This document shows, one piece after another, positions 51,380 to 64,000 of a DNA stretch of 64,000 bases. The stretch's first letter is position 1, and each line of letters starts with the position of its first letter. Source of the stretch: Mobula hypostoma (Eukaryota); assembly GCF_963921235.1 (NCBI RefSeq), contig NC_086097.1, forward strand, positions 232,812,001 through 232,876,000. The letters run 5' to 3'. Made by a program: the position numbers and the translations under genes. The notes beneath the pieces were generated by a model. It worked only from the letters and a program-made list of their open reading frames with translations, ran no database searches and was not told the DNA's origin.

Positions 51380-51879
51380 GCACCTCTTCCTAGAGATGCT
51401 GCCTGAACATCTTTGTAAATCTCCTTTGCACCCTTTCTATGGTTTCCACGTCCCTCCTGTAGTGAGGCGACCAGAACTGAGCACAGTACTCCAAGTGGAG
51501 TCTGAGCAGGGTCCTATATAGCTGCAACATTAACTCTTAGCTCTTAAAATCAATCCCACGATTGATGAAGGCCAATGAACCGTATGCCTTCTTAACCACA
51601 AAGTCAACCTGTGTAGTAGCTTTCAATGTCCTATGGACTTGGACCCCAGATTCCTCTGATCCTCCACACTGCCAAGAATCTTGCTATTAGTGCTATATTC
51701 TGCCATCATATTTGACGTACTAAAATGGACCACCTCACACTTACCTGGGTTGAACTCCATCTGCCTTTTCTCAGCCCAGTTTTGCATCCTGTCAATGTCC
51801 CGCTGTAACCTCTGACAGCCCTCCACACTATTCACAACACCCCCAACCCTTGTGTCATCAGCAAATTTACTAACCCAAG

Positions 51880-54800
51880 AATCTTCTTCTTAGTAATAGC
51901 AACTGTACTCACTTCTGCCCCGTGACAGTCTTGACCTTTCGGCATGCTGGTAGTATCCTCCACAGTGAAGACTGATGCAAAATATGTATTCAGGTCATCT
52001 GCTGCTTCCTTGTCCCCCATTACTACCTCTCCAGCATCATTTTCCAGTGGTCTTATATATACTCTTGCCTATCTTTTACTCTTTACAGACCTGAAAAAAC
52101 CTTTGGTATCCTTTTTGATATATTGGCTAGCTTATCTTTCCCTCCTTCTGACTTTATTTAGTTGCCTTTTGTGGGTTTTTAAAAGCTTCCCAATCCTCTA
52201 ACTTTTACTCTATTATACATGCTCTCTTTGGCTTTTATGCTGGATTTGACTTCCCTTGTCTGCCATGGATGTGTTACCCTGACTTTAGAATACTTCTTGG
52301 TCCTTCGTCTTTGGTCAGCTCCTCTCCAATGCCTTTGTAAGTCCCTTTACTCCACTGTAATACTGATACATTTGACTTTAGACTCTCCCTCTCAAATTGC
52401 AGGGAAAATTCTATCATATTATTATTACTGTCTTCTAAGGGTTCCTTTACCTTAAGCTCCCTAGTGAAAACTGGGCTATTACACAACATCCAATTGAGAA
52501 AAGCTGTTCTTCTCATGGACTCATCAACAAGCTGGTCTAAAAAGCCATCTCGTAGACATTTTACTACTTCTCCCTCTGGGAATTCACCTCATTTTCCTAA
52601 TCTACTTTCGTAATGAAATTCCCCATGATTATTATAACATTGTCTTTTGACTTTTCTTTTCTACCTTCTATTGTATGTTACGGCTACTGTTTGGAGGCTC
52701 CTTTTTACCCTTGCAACTTTTTTAGAATCCACAAGTACTCTATATCTTCCAATCCTATGTAACCTCTTTCGAAGTATTTGATTTTATTTTTTACCAACAG
52801 AGCCACGCTACCCCCTCTGCAGACCTGCTGTCTTTTCGATACAATGTGTATCTTTGGATGTTAAGCTCTCAGCTATAATATTTTGTCGGCCAGGACTCAG
52901 TGATGACCATAACGTCATACCTGCCAATTTCTAGCGGCGCTACAAGATGATCTAACTTATTATGTATAGCTTGTGCATTTAAATATAACACCTGTATTCA
53001 TCACCCTTTTTGATTTTGTCCCCCTGTTACGCTGCTACTGATCCCACTGACGGCAATTTTGCCCTATTATCTGCTTGTCCTTCCTAACAGTCTCACTACA
53101 CTCTGCCTCTACTTACACACCTTCTGCCTCATTCTCAGCCCTATCACTCTGGTTCCCGTCCACCTGCCAAATAAGCTTAAACCCTCCCCAACAGCTCTAG
53201 CAAACTTGCCCACAAGAATATGGGTCCCCTTAGGTTCAGGTGTAACTGCTCCCTTTTGTACAGATCATACCTTCCCCAGAAGAGATCCTAGTGATCCAGA
53301 AACCTGAACCCTTGGCCCCTGTGCCAGTTCCTCAGCCATGCATTCATCTACCAAATGATCCTATTCTTACCCTCACTGGCACGTGGCACAGGCAGCAATC
53401 CTGAGGTTACTACCCCTGAGGTCCTGCTTTTCTGCTTTCTACCTCGCTCCCTTTGAGTGACGGTGTGGAGACATGTCTTTACCAAAGGAGAAGTAAGGTG
53501 CTCCTTCCCTCCACTAGCCTGCAGGTCGCCCTTGGGTGAGGTGTAGCACCTCTTTAGCCACCCAATCTGGGTCACATGAAGCCATGGGAGCAGGTGGTGT
53601 ATGGTCATATGAGCAGCTGGTGAATACCACAAGTCTTGGTTATGCAACCACTGATGCCAAGGCAGACAACCTCTGAAGAGTATTGACGATTATTAGGGTT
53701 GCCCGTCTTTTAAAGACACTGCTCAGAAGAAGGGAATGGCAAATCAATTCTGTAGAATTTGACAAGAACAATCGTGGTCATAGACCATGATCACCCATGT
53801 CATATGTCATGGCACATAATGATGATGATGACCTTAGCTCCCCAAATTTCTCTCTCCAAGTCCTTCTCCCCTTTGCTATCTATTGATTGGTTGCCAATAT
53901 GCCAAATACTCCTGTTCTTACCCTGACTGGCGCATGGCACAGACAGCAATCCAGAGATTACTATCTGTACAGGTCTGCTTTTTGGCTTTCTACCGAACTC
54001 CCTAAAATATCTCTTCAGGACCTCCTTGCCTTTCCTACCAATGTCATTGGTGCCAATGCGTATCAAGACCAGGCTAATCCCCCTCTCCCTTTAGAATATC
54101 ATGGACCTGATCCAAGGTATCCCTGACGCTGGTACCTGGAGGCAACATACCATCCGGGTGTCTCTATCGTGTCCACAGAATCTCGTGTCTCATCCTCTAA
54201 CTGCGGAAGCCCCTATCTCTACTGCAGTCCTCTTCTTCCTCCCTTCCCTTCTGAGCCACAGTGCCTGACTCAGTGCCAGGGACCCGATTGCTGCAGCTCC
54301 CCTTGTAGGTCATTTTCCCTAACACTGAATTATTTATTATTGAGGGGAATGGCCACAAGGGTACTCTGTACCGGATGCCCATTTCCTTTCCCTCTCTTAA
54401 CAATTGCCAAGATACCTGCCTCCTGTAAGTTAGGGGTGACTACCTCCTCAGTTTCCAAAGATCACTGAACTGCAACTGCAGTTCCTTAACAAGTTCTCTG
54501 AGGAGCTGCAGCTCGGTGCACCTGGTGTTCATATGGTTAGCCATGAGGTCTTCCTGAATCCCCTCATCTCACACAAAGAACTCAACACAGACCCTGGAGC
54601 TGTTCTCGCTGCAGTAACCATGCACCAACAGATGAAGAATGAAGAATGAAAAAGAAGTAACTTGAAAGATACATACCTCGCTCAAGCCTTTTCCCTCCGA
54701 AGCCTGATGAGGCAAAACCTCCCCACTCTAACACTGGTCCACTCACACAATGGTTGCTCCATTTGTCCCTGCCTTGGTAACGGATTGCGATTTGATTAGG

Positions 54801-54890
54801 CTGTCAGAAAAAGCTGAAAGCCTGCGAATGCTGTTTTTTAAATCTCTCTCACCGACCTGAATGCTTTCTCCTCTCCCACTCCTGATTTGA
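51880..54890 (-). mobile_element. CR1 5' half (5' UTR, ORF1, APE region), decayed
   Basis: IGTNDIGRK, VISGLLSVPCA, KVKEPLEDSNNNMIEF and LNTYFASVFTVED. Confidence 0.85.
53452..53830 (+). mobile_element. RTE-tailed short retroelement, copy B
   Basis: Colinear with 40473-40853; (ATG)n tail; imperfect TSD acctcgctccc / accttagctccc. Confidence 0.8.
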
Positions 54891-55037
54891 TTGCGGTGGC
54901 GGAGAATTCAGAATCACAATCAGGTTTATTGTCACTGGCGCATGTTGTAAAATTTGTTGCTCTGTGGCAAGTACAATGCAAGACATAAAAATACTACAAT
55001 AAAAAATAAATAACCAGTGCAAATGAGGAATAACAAG

Positions 55038-55276
55038 CCACACACGGAAATGCTGAAAGAAATCAGCAGGCCAGGCAGCATCTTTGGAAAAGAGTACAGT
55101 AGACACCTCAGGCTGAGACCCTACATCAGAACTTCTGATGAAGATATCCTGACAAATGGTCTCAGCTCAAAATGGCGACAACACTCTTTTAAAGCTGCCT
55201 GGCCTGCTGAGTTCCTCCAGCATTTTGTGTGTGTTGCTTGGATTTCTGGCATCTGCCGATTTTCTCCTGTTTGTGA
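55038..55276. mobile_element. Short Penelope-derived insertion made of two inverted pLTR ends
   Basis: TSD gaggaataacaag (55025-55037 and 55277-55289); two decayed hammerhead regions face outward from about 55135. Confidence 0.8.
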
Positions 55277-56619
55277 GAGGAATAACAAGGTAGTGTCATC
55301 AGGATTCAGACGGCCAAAGGAAAGAAACTGTTAAGGGATGACCTTAGTCAAACATGTAAGATCTAAAAGTGCTGGACAGGGATAGTTTCATGGGTGAGAA
55401 AGTCTCAAATAAGGCTGCGGAAGTATCAGGTAAGGATCTGGTCATCTAAAGGTGAGGTACATCAGAATTTCTTCTCGCAGAGTGGTGAATTTCAGGAACT
55501 CTCTGCCCCAGCAGCTGGCGGAAACTGCATCTTTAGAAGTATTTCAAGTGGAGATGGAGGAGCCTTTGACAGATTGAGAAATAGAGTGTGATGCAAAAAT
55601 AATACAGAAGAGGAGGTGAGATCATCATGGATCAACTAATACCGAGGCAGGTGTGAAGGGGCTGATGGCCTATTTTTATCCTACTGTCTTGTGCTCTCTT
55701 TATCAAGCTCAGTGAGGTAAGTGATGAAAGAGTTTGTATGTGTCAGTGCATGTGCAGAGTGACCTCTTCTTGCACAACATTCTATGCGACACTTGACCTT
55801 GTGGAAGATTAAAGATCCATCAGTGTCAGAATCTTTTATACATAATCAGTTTGTACTCAGCGGTGACTTCAAGTTTGCATTACGTAGGTGAGTGCTTTTG
55901 TGATGTGGGTGAGGTAATACTGGCTACTGTCACAGGTGCCTTTGGGGCTCATGCTGCTCTGTTTCTCGCGGCAAAGCAGTGCAACGGGCTTGCCATCTAC
56001 AGAACCAGTCTCGGTGAAGGTGAGCGTAACTGGGGGCTACCTCTGATTAATTTCCAATGTATTCGCTGCAGAGCGGGAGAGAAGAAGTTCGAGATTCACG
56101 ATTTAAGGTGCGATTTTCCAGATGGTTTCTTGCCATTCCTCAGCAAACAAGTGTAAAGGAGAACAAAATGATTGCTACTGCAGATCTGATGCAATGTAAA
56201 TAAAAATACAATAAGGATAAAGAACAAAATAAAAACAGGAAAACAAACACACAGTAGGCTTAACTATAATCCTATTTATTGAATAGGGCCTTCTGGCCCT
56301 TTGAGCCATGCCATCTAGCAAACCCCCGAGTAATTTCCAGCCCAATCATGGGACAATTTACAATCACCAAATTAACCTATCAGCTGGCATGTCTTTGGAT
56401 TGTTGGAGGAAACTGGAGCACCCAGGGGAAACCCGTCCAGCTACGGGGAGAACGTACAGACTACTTACAGACAGCGGCCGGAATAGAACCCGGGTTACCT
56501 GTACCGTAAAGCGTTGTGCTAACCGCTATGCTACCACGCCACTCCATATACACAGGTGGGTTGCATACAAAGTGACACTAGGTGATACGTATGTAATGGT
56601 GGTGGGGGATGATGGGTGG

Positions 56620-58370
56620 GATAATGGGTCGGGGAAGTCGATCAGTCTGATGTCTTGGGGGAAGTAACTTTTTGAGTCTAGTCATCCTGGCCTGTATGCT
56701 GTGTAGCCTCTTCACTGATCAGAACCTGATTCAAGTCAAGACAAGTCAAGTTTATTGTCATTTCGACCATAAGCTGCTGGCACAGTACACAGTAAAAATG
56801 AAACAACGTTCCTCCAGGACCATGCTGCTACATGAAACAACACAAAACTACACAAGACTATGTGAGACAGCACAAAGCTACACTAGACTACGTAAAACAA
56901 CATAAAAAACTGCACTAGACTACAGACCTGCACAGGACTACATGAAATGCACAAAACAGTGCAGGGCAGTACAATGATTAATAAACAAGACAACAGGCAC
57001 AGTAGAGGACAAATTACAACATAATAATAAATGATGTAGATGTCAGTCTAGACTGAGTATTGAGGAGTCTGATGGCTTGGGGGAAGAAACTGTTGCACAG
57101 TCTGGTCGTGAAAGCCCGAATGCTTCAATACCTTTTGCCAGATGGCAGGAGGGAGAAGAGTTTGTATGAGGGGTGCGTGGGGTCCTTCACAATACTGTTA
57201 GCTTGGCGGATGCAGCGTGTGGTATAAACGTCTGTGATAGTGGGAAGAGAGACCCTGATGATCTTCTCAGCTACCTCACTATCTGCTGTAGGGTCTTGCG
57301 ATCTGAGACGGTGCAATTCCTGAACCAGGCAGTGATGCAGCTGCTCAGGATGCTCTCGATACATCCTCTGTAGAATGTGGTGAGGATGGGGCGTGGGAGA
57401 TGGACTTTTCTCAGACTTTGCAGAAAGTAGAGACGCTGCTGGGCTTTCTTGGCTATGGAGCTGGTGTTGAGGGACCAGGTGAGATTCTCTGCCAGGTGAA
57501 CACCAAGAAATGTGGTGCTGTTAACGATCTCAAAGGAGAAGTTGTCAATGTTCAGTGCAGAGTGGTCGCTCCATGCTCTCCTGAAGTCAACAACCACCTC
57601 TTTTCTTTTGTTCACATTGAGATTCTGAGGTTTATTATCACTTGCATGTGATGTGAAATTTGCCAACTTAGCAGCAGCAGTTCAATGCAATACATAATCT
57701 AGCAGAGGAAAAAAGAACAGAAATAATAAAAAAAAATAAACAAGTAAATCAATTACATATATTGAATAGATTTTTAAAAAAATGTGCAAAAACAGAAATG
57801 CTGTATATTAAAAAAAAGTGAGGTAGTGTCCAAAGATTCAACGTCCATTTAGGAATCAGATGGCAGAGGGGAAGAAACTGTTTCTGAATCGCTGAGTGTA
57901 TGCCTTCAGGCTTCTGTATCTCCTACCTGATGGTAACAGTGAGAAAAGGGCATGCCCTGGGTGCTGGAGGTCCTTAATAATGGATGCTGCCTTTCTGAGA
58001 CACCACTCCCTGAAGATGTCCTGGGTACTTTATAGGCTGGTACCCAAGATAGAGCTGACTAGATTTGCAACCATCTGCAGCTTCTTTCGGTCCTGTGCAG
58101 TAACCACCTCCCTCCATTTACCAGACAGTGATACAGCCGGTCAGAATGCTCTCCATGGTACAACTCTAGAAGTTTTTGAGTGTATTTGTTGACATGCCAA
58201 ATCTCTTCAAATTCCTAATAAAGAATAGCCACTGCCTTGCCTTCTTCATAACTACATCGATATGTGGGACAAACAGTCCACGAGCAGGGTGGGTGGGCTC
58301 CTTCACGATATTGGTGGCCTTTCTTTGGCACCCTTCAGTCTGTATGTTCTTGATGATGGGCAGTTTTAGC
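56620..58370 (-). mobile_element. Nested Rex1/Babar 3' fragments; roughly 30-bp minisatellite in the UTR at about 56830-56960
   Basis: [32 protein letters not shown] and [19 protein letters not shown]. Confidence 0.85.
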
Positions 58371-58619
58371 TACCCATTGTAAAGCTTGAATGTTACACAG
58401 ATACCCGTGAATAAAAGCATGTTTTCTTGCTCTTAACTACGCATCTGGAGAAGGCCGTGAGCATAGATGTGCTAAGACCAGCTCTCTTCAACCTCTTCAG
58501 AACTGAGTTGGATTAAAGTTACCCATTAATTGGAGAGACAGAGAGGTATATTGGGGCTACTATGAGCAGGCGTTACTGTTGGTTTGTTGGCATACGTCTT
58601 ACTTAAAGGACAATAGGTC

Positions 58620-59175
58620 CTAGGTGGAAGGTATGGAGATCCTGAGATGCCCAGTCGTCAAGATCCCCCTCTCGGCCTCACCAGTGTAGTCCATAGGAAA
58701 GCTTATGAAACAGTATGTTTGGCACCAGCTTGGCTGCTGGAAGGATGTTCAATGACGTCCAGCTGCCTTAGTGTCTTCACTCCGGATTTGCTGTCTGGAT
58801 TTATTCCATAGTCTTTGTCTCTCCCAAGGCTGCCCACAAGGCAGTGGGGCTATTTACTCATAGCTGGGGATCAAGTTCATGAGCACCAGGACATGTCCAC
58901 ACAGCGGTGGGCCTGTATGCTACGTGTGCAGGGGCCAGACCTCCTCCCCGTCCTCTGTTGTTCAGCCTGAGCTCGAAAGGAGTTGAGTTTCCGTGTGTCA
59001 CCAGCAAGGAGGCAGTACGAGACTTGCTGTTGGTGAGGCTATGCACTGGCAGGAAGAGACTTACACATTCAGCTCTCCTTTTCACAAGGCTGCTCGCCAG
59101 CGGTGGAAGCTGAAAGAGATAGCGACAAGTACTACCCACTACACCACCACACCAGACGCATCACAACAACCATTT
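58620..59175 (-). mobile_element. Non-autonomous RTE-type retroelement, copy 2
   Basis: Paralog of 8283-8925. Confidence 0.65.
58952..59022 (-). ncRNA. HDV-like ribozyme core, decayed
   Basis: TCTCGTACT-GCC-TCCTTGCT-GGT-GACACAC-GG-AAA-CTCAACTCCTTTCGAGCTCAG-G-CTGA-ACAACAGAGG follows HDV element order. Confidence 0.62.
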
Positions 59176-60504
59176 TGACACCATGAGGAGGGGTATTAGT
59201 GAGAGGTTGAAGGATGGGCTGAGGAAGTGCCTTGGTAAAAGCTAATGGGTGTGAAATGAGTTGATTGAGGAATTGTGCTTCGAGTTCAAGTTCAAGTTGA
59301 ATTGTCATTCAACCATACACATGAATACAGCCAAACGAAACAGCATTCCTCTGGAGCCAAGGCACAAAACACAGTACCGACAGCACACAACACAAGGCAT
59401 ATATTGCACATATAATTATGATAGCAGTAAAATATGTAGTCATACAGAAATAATAATAGTGTAGTCCAAGTCCCTGAGTGTCATAGCTTGTAGATTGATG
59501 GTACATGGGATGTTGTTCTGGAGCTATGTTTCTGCAAGAGCAAGTACAAAGCAGTTCTCATCATACACTAGATAAATGCATTCGAGTTTGTCTCCCACTG
59601 AGTGAACACTAGAGGGCAGCACTGACAGGAGGGGCCAACCCCAAGTCCGCAAGGATTTCTGTGCATCCAGTGTGCCTCTGCTCTGCCCCAAATTGCCTCT
59701 GGCATCTCCTCTGTGGCACGAGAACCTGGTCTGTGCAACAATCGAGGCCACGCAGCCCCCTGATTTAAATAGCTTCAAGAAGGCAGAATGAGTGGTTTCA
59801 AGATGACACTGGCACTTACTCAAACCTCTAAGATATGAGGCGATTTCCAGACACTCTCTTGTGGCACCCATGCAGTTTCCACCTCCTGTTGGCAACAACA
59901 GTGTCTCACTGCCTGCCCTTAGAACCTTCCACTGCTTTGAGATTTAAAGATTAGCTTTATTTGTCACATGTACATTGAAACATCAAAACATACAGTGAAA
60001 TGTGTTGTTTGTATCAGCAAGCAACACAGTCCGAGGGTCTGTTGGGGACTGTCCACAAGTGTCACCGTGCTTCCAGCACCAACATAGCAATCCAAGAACT
60101 TACTAACCGTAACACATAGTTCTGTGGAATGTGGGTGGAAAACTGGAGAAAATCCACACAGTCACGGGGAGAACATACAAACTGCTCACAGTGACAGGAA
60201 TTGAACCATGATCTTACAGCTGACACTGAAAAGCTTTCTGCTAACCACTACGTACCGTGCAGTGAGATCCAGAGTTTTAGCGTTTGGACCCCATCCTCGT
60301 ATTCTTTGCAGTTTGTGAATCCATCAAAAGGAGAGCTACAGAGCTCCTATGGTCTTTAAGATAGGATGTTGAACTCAAGAGCATTGTCATTGTACCAGTG
60401 TGCAGCTGCTACAAGAAGGTCTTGGAGGAGCAAATGTATGGAGTGATTGATTGGAGCATCAATCATGGTGAACTGCAGCACAAAAACAGGTCCGTCTAGT
60501 CTCT

Positions 60505-60641
60505 CAAACATGAGGAAATCTGCAGATGCTGGAATTTCAAGCAACACACATAAAAGTTGCTGGTGAACGCAGCAGGCCAGGCAGCATCTCTAGGAAGAGG
60601 TACAGTCGACGTTTCGGGCCGAGACCCTTTGTCAGGACTAA
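60505..60641 (-). mobile_element. Short Penelope-derived insertion with a mutated hammerhead (CTGACAA)
   Basis: TSD ctagtctct (60496-60504 and 60642-60650); nearly identical to 50471-50605. Confidence 0.88.
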
Positions 60642-60944
60642 CTAGTCTCTGCCAAATCCATTCCACCTGTATCTGGACCACAGCCCTCCATACTCCTCTC
60701 ATCCATATTCTTATCCAAACTTTAGTACTGTGTTCATGCACTAAAGTGCAGAATATTTCATTGCACTGAGCCTTATAGATGGTGGGGAGGCTTTAGGAAG
60801 ACAAGGGGGGGGGTGAACTACTTACTGCAGAAAATCATGCCTCTGTACTGTAACACACTTACATGGTTGGTTCCAGTCTGGCCAATATTATTTGCAATTG
60901 GGGACAGAGGTAGAAAAACATTGTCAGTAAGAGGTGTAACTCAT

Positions 60945-62050
60945 ACAAGACAGGAGCATAATTAGGCCATTTGACCCATCAAGTTAACACTATGATTTCA
61001 TCATGGCTGATCCATTTTCCCTCTCATCTTAATCTCCTGCCTTCTCCCCATATTCCTTCACGTCATGACTAATCATCATGACTAATCATCAGTCTATCGA
61101 CCCCTGCCTTAAGTATGCCCAATAACTTGACTTCCACAGCCGCATGTGGCAATGAATTCCAAAGATTCACCACTCTCTGAGTAAAGAAATTCTTCTTTAT
61201 TTCCATTCTAAATGAACGTCCCTCTATTCTGAGGCTTGTCCATAAGACATTGGGGCAGAATTAGGCCATTCAGCCTATCAAGTCCGTGCTGCCATTCTAT
61301 CATGGCTGATTCTGGATCCCACTCAACCCCACACACCTGCCTTCTCAACATATCCTTTGATGCCCTGACCAACCAGGAAATGATCAACTTCTGCCTTGAA
61401 GTACACCCACGGACTTGGCCACCGCAGTCTGTGGCAGAGCATTCCACAGATTCACTACTCTCTGGCTAAAAAAAGCTCCTCCTTACCTCTCTTCTAAAAG
61501 GGCACCTTCAACTTTGAGGCTGTGCCCTCTAGTTCTGGATACTCCCACCATAGGAAAGATCCTCTCCACATCCACCCTATCTAGTCCTTTCAATATTCGG
61601 TAGGTTTCAATGAGATCCCCCCCCCACCCCCCCACCCGCATTCTTCTAAATTCCAGTGAGACAGGCCCAAAGCTGACAAATGCTCCTCATATGTTAACCC
61701 CTTCATTCCTGGAATCATGCTTGCATCCTCTGGTCTTAGACTCCCGCACCATAGGAAACACCCTCTCCACATCCACTCTATCAAGTCTTTTCATCTTTGA
61801 TAGGTTTCAATGAGGACACCCTTCATTCTTCTGAGTTTGAGTGAGTATAGGCCCAGAATCATCAAACCCTCCTCATATAATAAGCCTTTCAATCCTGGAA
61901 TCATTTTTGTTAACCTCCTTTCAACCCTTCCCAATGTCAGCACATCTTTTCTTAGGTAACAGGCCCAAAACTGCTCACAATAATCCAAGTGAGACCTCAC
62001 CAGGGCCTTATAAAGCCTCATCAGTTCATCCTTGCTTTTATCTACCAGTC
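60945..62050 (-). mobile_element. Stacked CR1 3' fragments
   Basis: MRLYKALVRSHLDYC..LGLYSL and repeated CR1 3' UTRs. Confidence 0.85.
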
Positions 62051-62689
62051 TATATGTTGGAGATGGTCATTTCCTGGTATTAGAGAGACAATAATGTCAC
62101 AAGCTGTTTATCAGATTATCTCTAGATATTAGCCAATATTTTTCATACAGACATGAATTATTTTATTACCAAAGAAGGCATCACATCTGATCCGATGATG
62201 AGAGAGATGTTTAGAGCACAGTGAATTTGTTCATCTCTGCAGCCAGCCATGTTGTACACTAACCGGATGAGCTTATCAGCATGATACTGCCTGTTTGTTA
62301 CAGGATAATATGTGACCAGTGACTTTGATCCTAACAAAATCAAAGCAGAACAAATCAATTAATAAATATTAACCATGATGCATTGTAGAAGGTCAAATTT
62401 ACGTGGGACTGCTTTTATAATTCACTCAATGTTTTATGAATAAAGATAGGCTCTAAAAATAATGACAATAGCAGTTTTGAATTTGTTCACAGCTTTCTGC
62501 TTGTGATGTTATAGCGCTAACAATAGTCACAAATTATCCCTATAAAAGTGGCATCACATTAATGTTATAACAATGCTGTTGTGATAAATTCCACTCAGGC
62601 TGCTCTGTGATCTATCTGTAAGTTTGGCTGGAGAATTAAGCTTAATTTGAATACCTACTATATTAATATTACAAGTAGATTTATTCAAA

Positions 62690-63080
62690 GCAGCACACAC
62701 ACAATGCTGGAGGAACTCAGCAGATCGGGCTGTATCTTTGGAAATAAATGGATAGTCGATATTTCGGGCCAAAACCCTTCTTCAGGACTGAGATGAAAGG
62801 GGGAATATGCTAGAATAACAAGTTAGGGGGATGGGAGAACGGCTAGCTGGAAGGTGATGGGTGAAGCCAGGTGGATGGGAAAGGTCAAGGGCTGGAGAAG
62901 AAGGAATCTGATAGGAGAGGAGAAAGGAAAAGAGGAGGAACCCAGGGTATTCCCTGTGGAGGAAACACTCCCTGTGGAAAGTGAGGTGGGGTTGTGGGGG
63001 GGGGGGAATAGGTAAAGATATGTTTAGTGGTAGGGTCTCTTTGGAGATGGCAGAAGTTGTGGAGAATAATGTGTTGGATG
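62690..63080 (-). mobile_element. Penelope-like fragment (ORF relic plus 3' UTR)
   Basis: Minus strand IQHIILHNFCHLQRDPTTKHIF; UTR matches other copies. Confidence 0.75.
62754..62789 (-). ncRNA. Minimal hammerhead motif with intact core, AUC triplet
   Basis: AGTC-CTGAAGA-AGGGTTTTGGCCC-GAAA-TATC-GACT. Confidence 0.7.
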
Positions 63081-63734
63081 ACAAGAGTGACTCTATCACT
63101 GTTAAGGTGGTGGAAAGATTGGGTGAGTGCGGATTATTCAAACACTTATTCAAAGATTTTCAGACTTTGAAACAACCAAACTTTACCCCATTAACACTTC
63201 TGCAATAAAAATTACTGTGGGCGTTTTTAAAGCATTTATTAAGTGGTAAATTTTGCCATCTGTAGCTAAAAGTAGGTCAGGCACATTAAGCTAAAATTAA
63301 TAACTACCAGGATCATCAAGAGAATTAAATTAAATTAGCAAAAGAAGGATGATATCAGAATTGAACTGACAGGTTCTCAAAGGAATAGCTTATAATCATT
63401 TTGTTGTAACACCAAGCCACCACAGTTTGTTAGTTGAAGGCATTTAGGGAGCCTGGTTAATAATATGACTTCAAACTTGATACTACCACCATTAAAGAAA
63501 CAAATTATCAGATCGAGATTACCTGAGCTGGACTGCAACAAGTTTTATAAATTTCTTTTACATTGCTTACTCAGAGATTAATGGTGTGGCCAGCCTGCAG
63601 TTGTGCTATGACCATATTCTGGGCATGTTATTTCTGTATAAAATATGTGTAGCTACCCCATATAATCAGCTGATTTATGTGTAAATGTGAAGGTTAATTG
63701 CTTAAAGGGTGGGATAATTATGGTAAGGCAGAAT

Positions 63735-64000
63735 GTGATAAAGCCCTATCCCATCCCGGACACTGCCTGTTCAATCTCCTGTCATCTGGTCGGAGATACA
63801 GAAACATTTTAGCCAACACAGTTAGACTGAAGAACAACTTGTTCCCAAGGGTTGTTTTGCAGCTGAATAATGCAATACCCCCACTTGCCAATGACCTTTG
63901 AGTGTTATGAACTATCGAAGTCACTTGTTGCATATAAATATGGGATTCTTTTTTTAAATTTAGCCATACTGCATGCATTGTAAATATCTGTTTTGCATGG
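63735..64000 (+). mobile_element. Rex1/Babar 3' fragment
   Basis: SHPGHCLFNLLSSGRRYRNILANTVRLKNNLFPRVV. Confidence 0.8.

Larger units (their letters stand above)
50471..51405. mobile_element. Penelope-like insertion with inverted arms
   Basis: Perfect 14-bp TSD aacatctttgtaaa (50457-50470 and 51406-51419); arms about 50540-50888 and 51067-51405; spacer encodes HFNSTSHSHSDMSIHGLLYCKDEATLRLEEQHLIFRLGSLQPDGMNIDF on the minus strand. Confidence 0.92.
50150..51875 (-). mobile_element. CR1 3' portion hosting the Penelope insertion
   Basis: MRGDLMEVYK..FFTQRVVSAWN and LQRDIDRMQNWAEK. Confidence 0.88.

Noticed and set aside
55936..56019. Possible 84-nt plus-strand exon ending AAG|GTGAGC
   Set aside because: Weak polypyrimidine tract, unrecognised peptide, opposite strand to the better exon candidate.
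62264..62330. Minus-strand acceptor with GTTAGT donor (SKSLVTYYPVTNRQYHADKLIR)
   Set aside because: Weak donor and no recognisable peptide; not excluded but unsupported.
63571..63633. Minus-strand AG...GTAAGC pair
   Set aside because: Stops in all three frames.

Overview
Eukaryotic DNA made mostly of retrotransposon remnants. The repeat set (CR1, Rex1/Babar, V-domain and Deu-domain SINEs, Penelope-derived repeats) suggests a cartilaginous fish, probably a ray (inference). No intact host gene or intact transposon ORF is present, and almost all ORF-track entries are decayed TE fragments. The window looks intronic or intergenic, with one good 79-nt candidate exon on the minus strand (22941-23019) whose gene I cannot name. 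Elements seen: a near full-length CR1 (18267-22570) and many CR1 and Rex1/Babar fragments, R4/Dong and Hero endonuclease fragments, a Tx1 fragment, a Gypsy LTR-PBS-gag relic, a solo LTR, Tc1 and hAT non-autonomous elements, and several SINE families. The most interesting signals are RNA-level. (1) Minimal hammerhead ribozyme cores lie in Penelope-type repeats, including a TSD-flanked insertion with inverted arms and one hammerhead per arm. (2) An HDV-like ribozyme core lies in a two-copy non-autonomous RTE-type family. (3) A second RTE-tailed family has a structured, non-tRNA 5' head. TE boundaries are approximate unless a TSD is given; family names come from motif recognition, not database searches.
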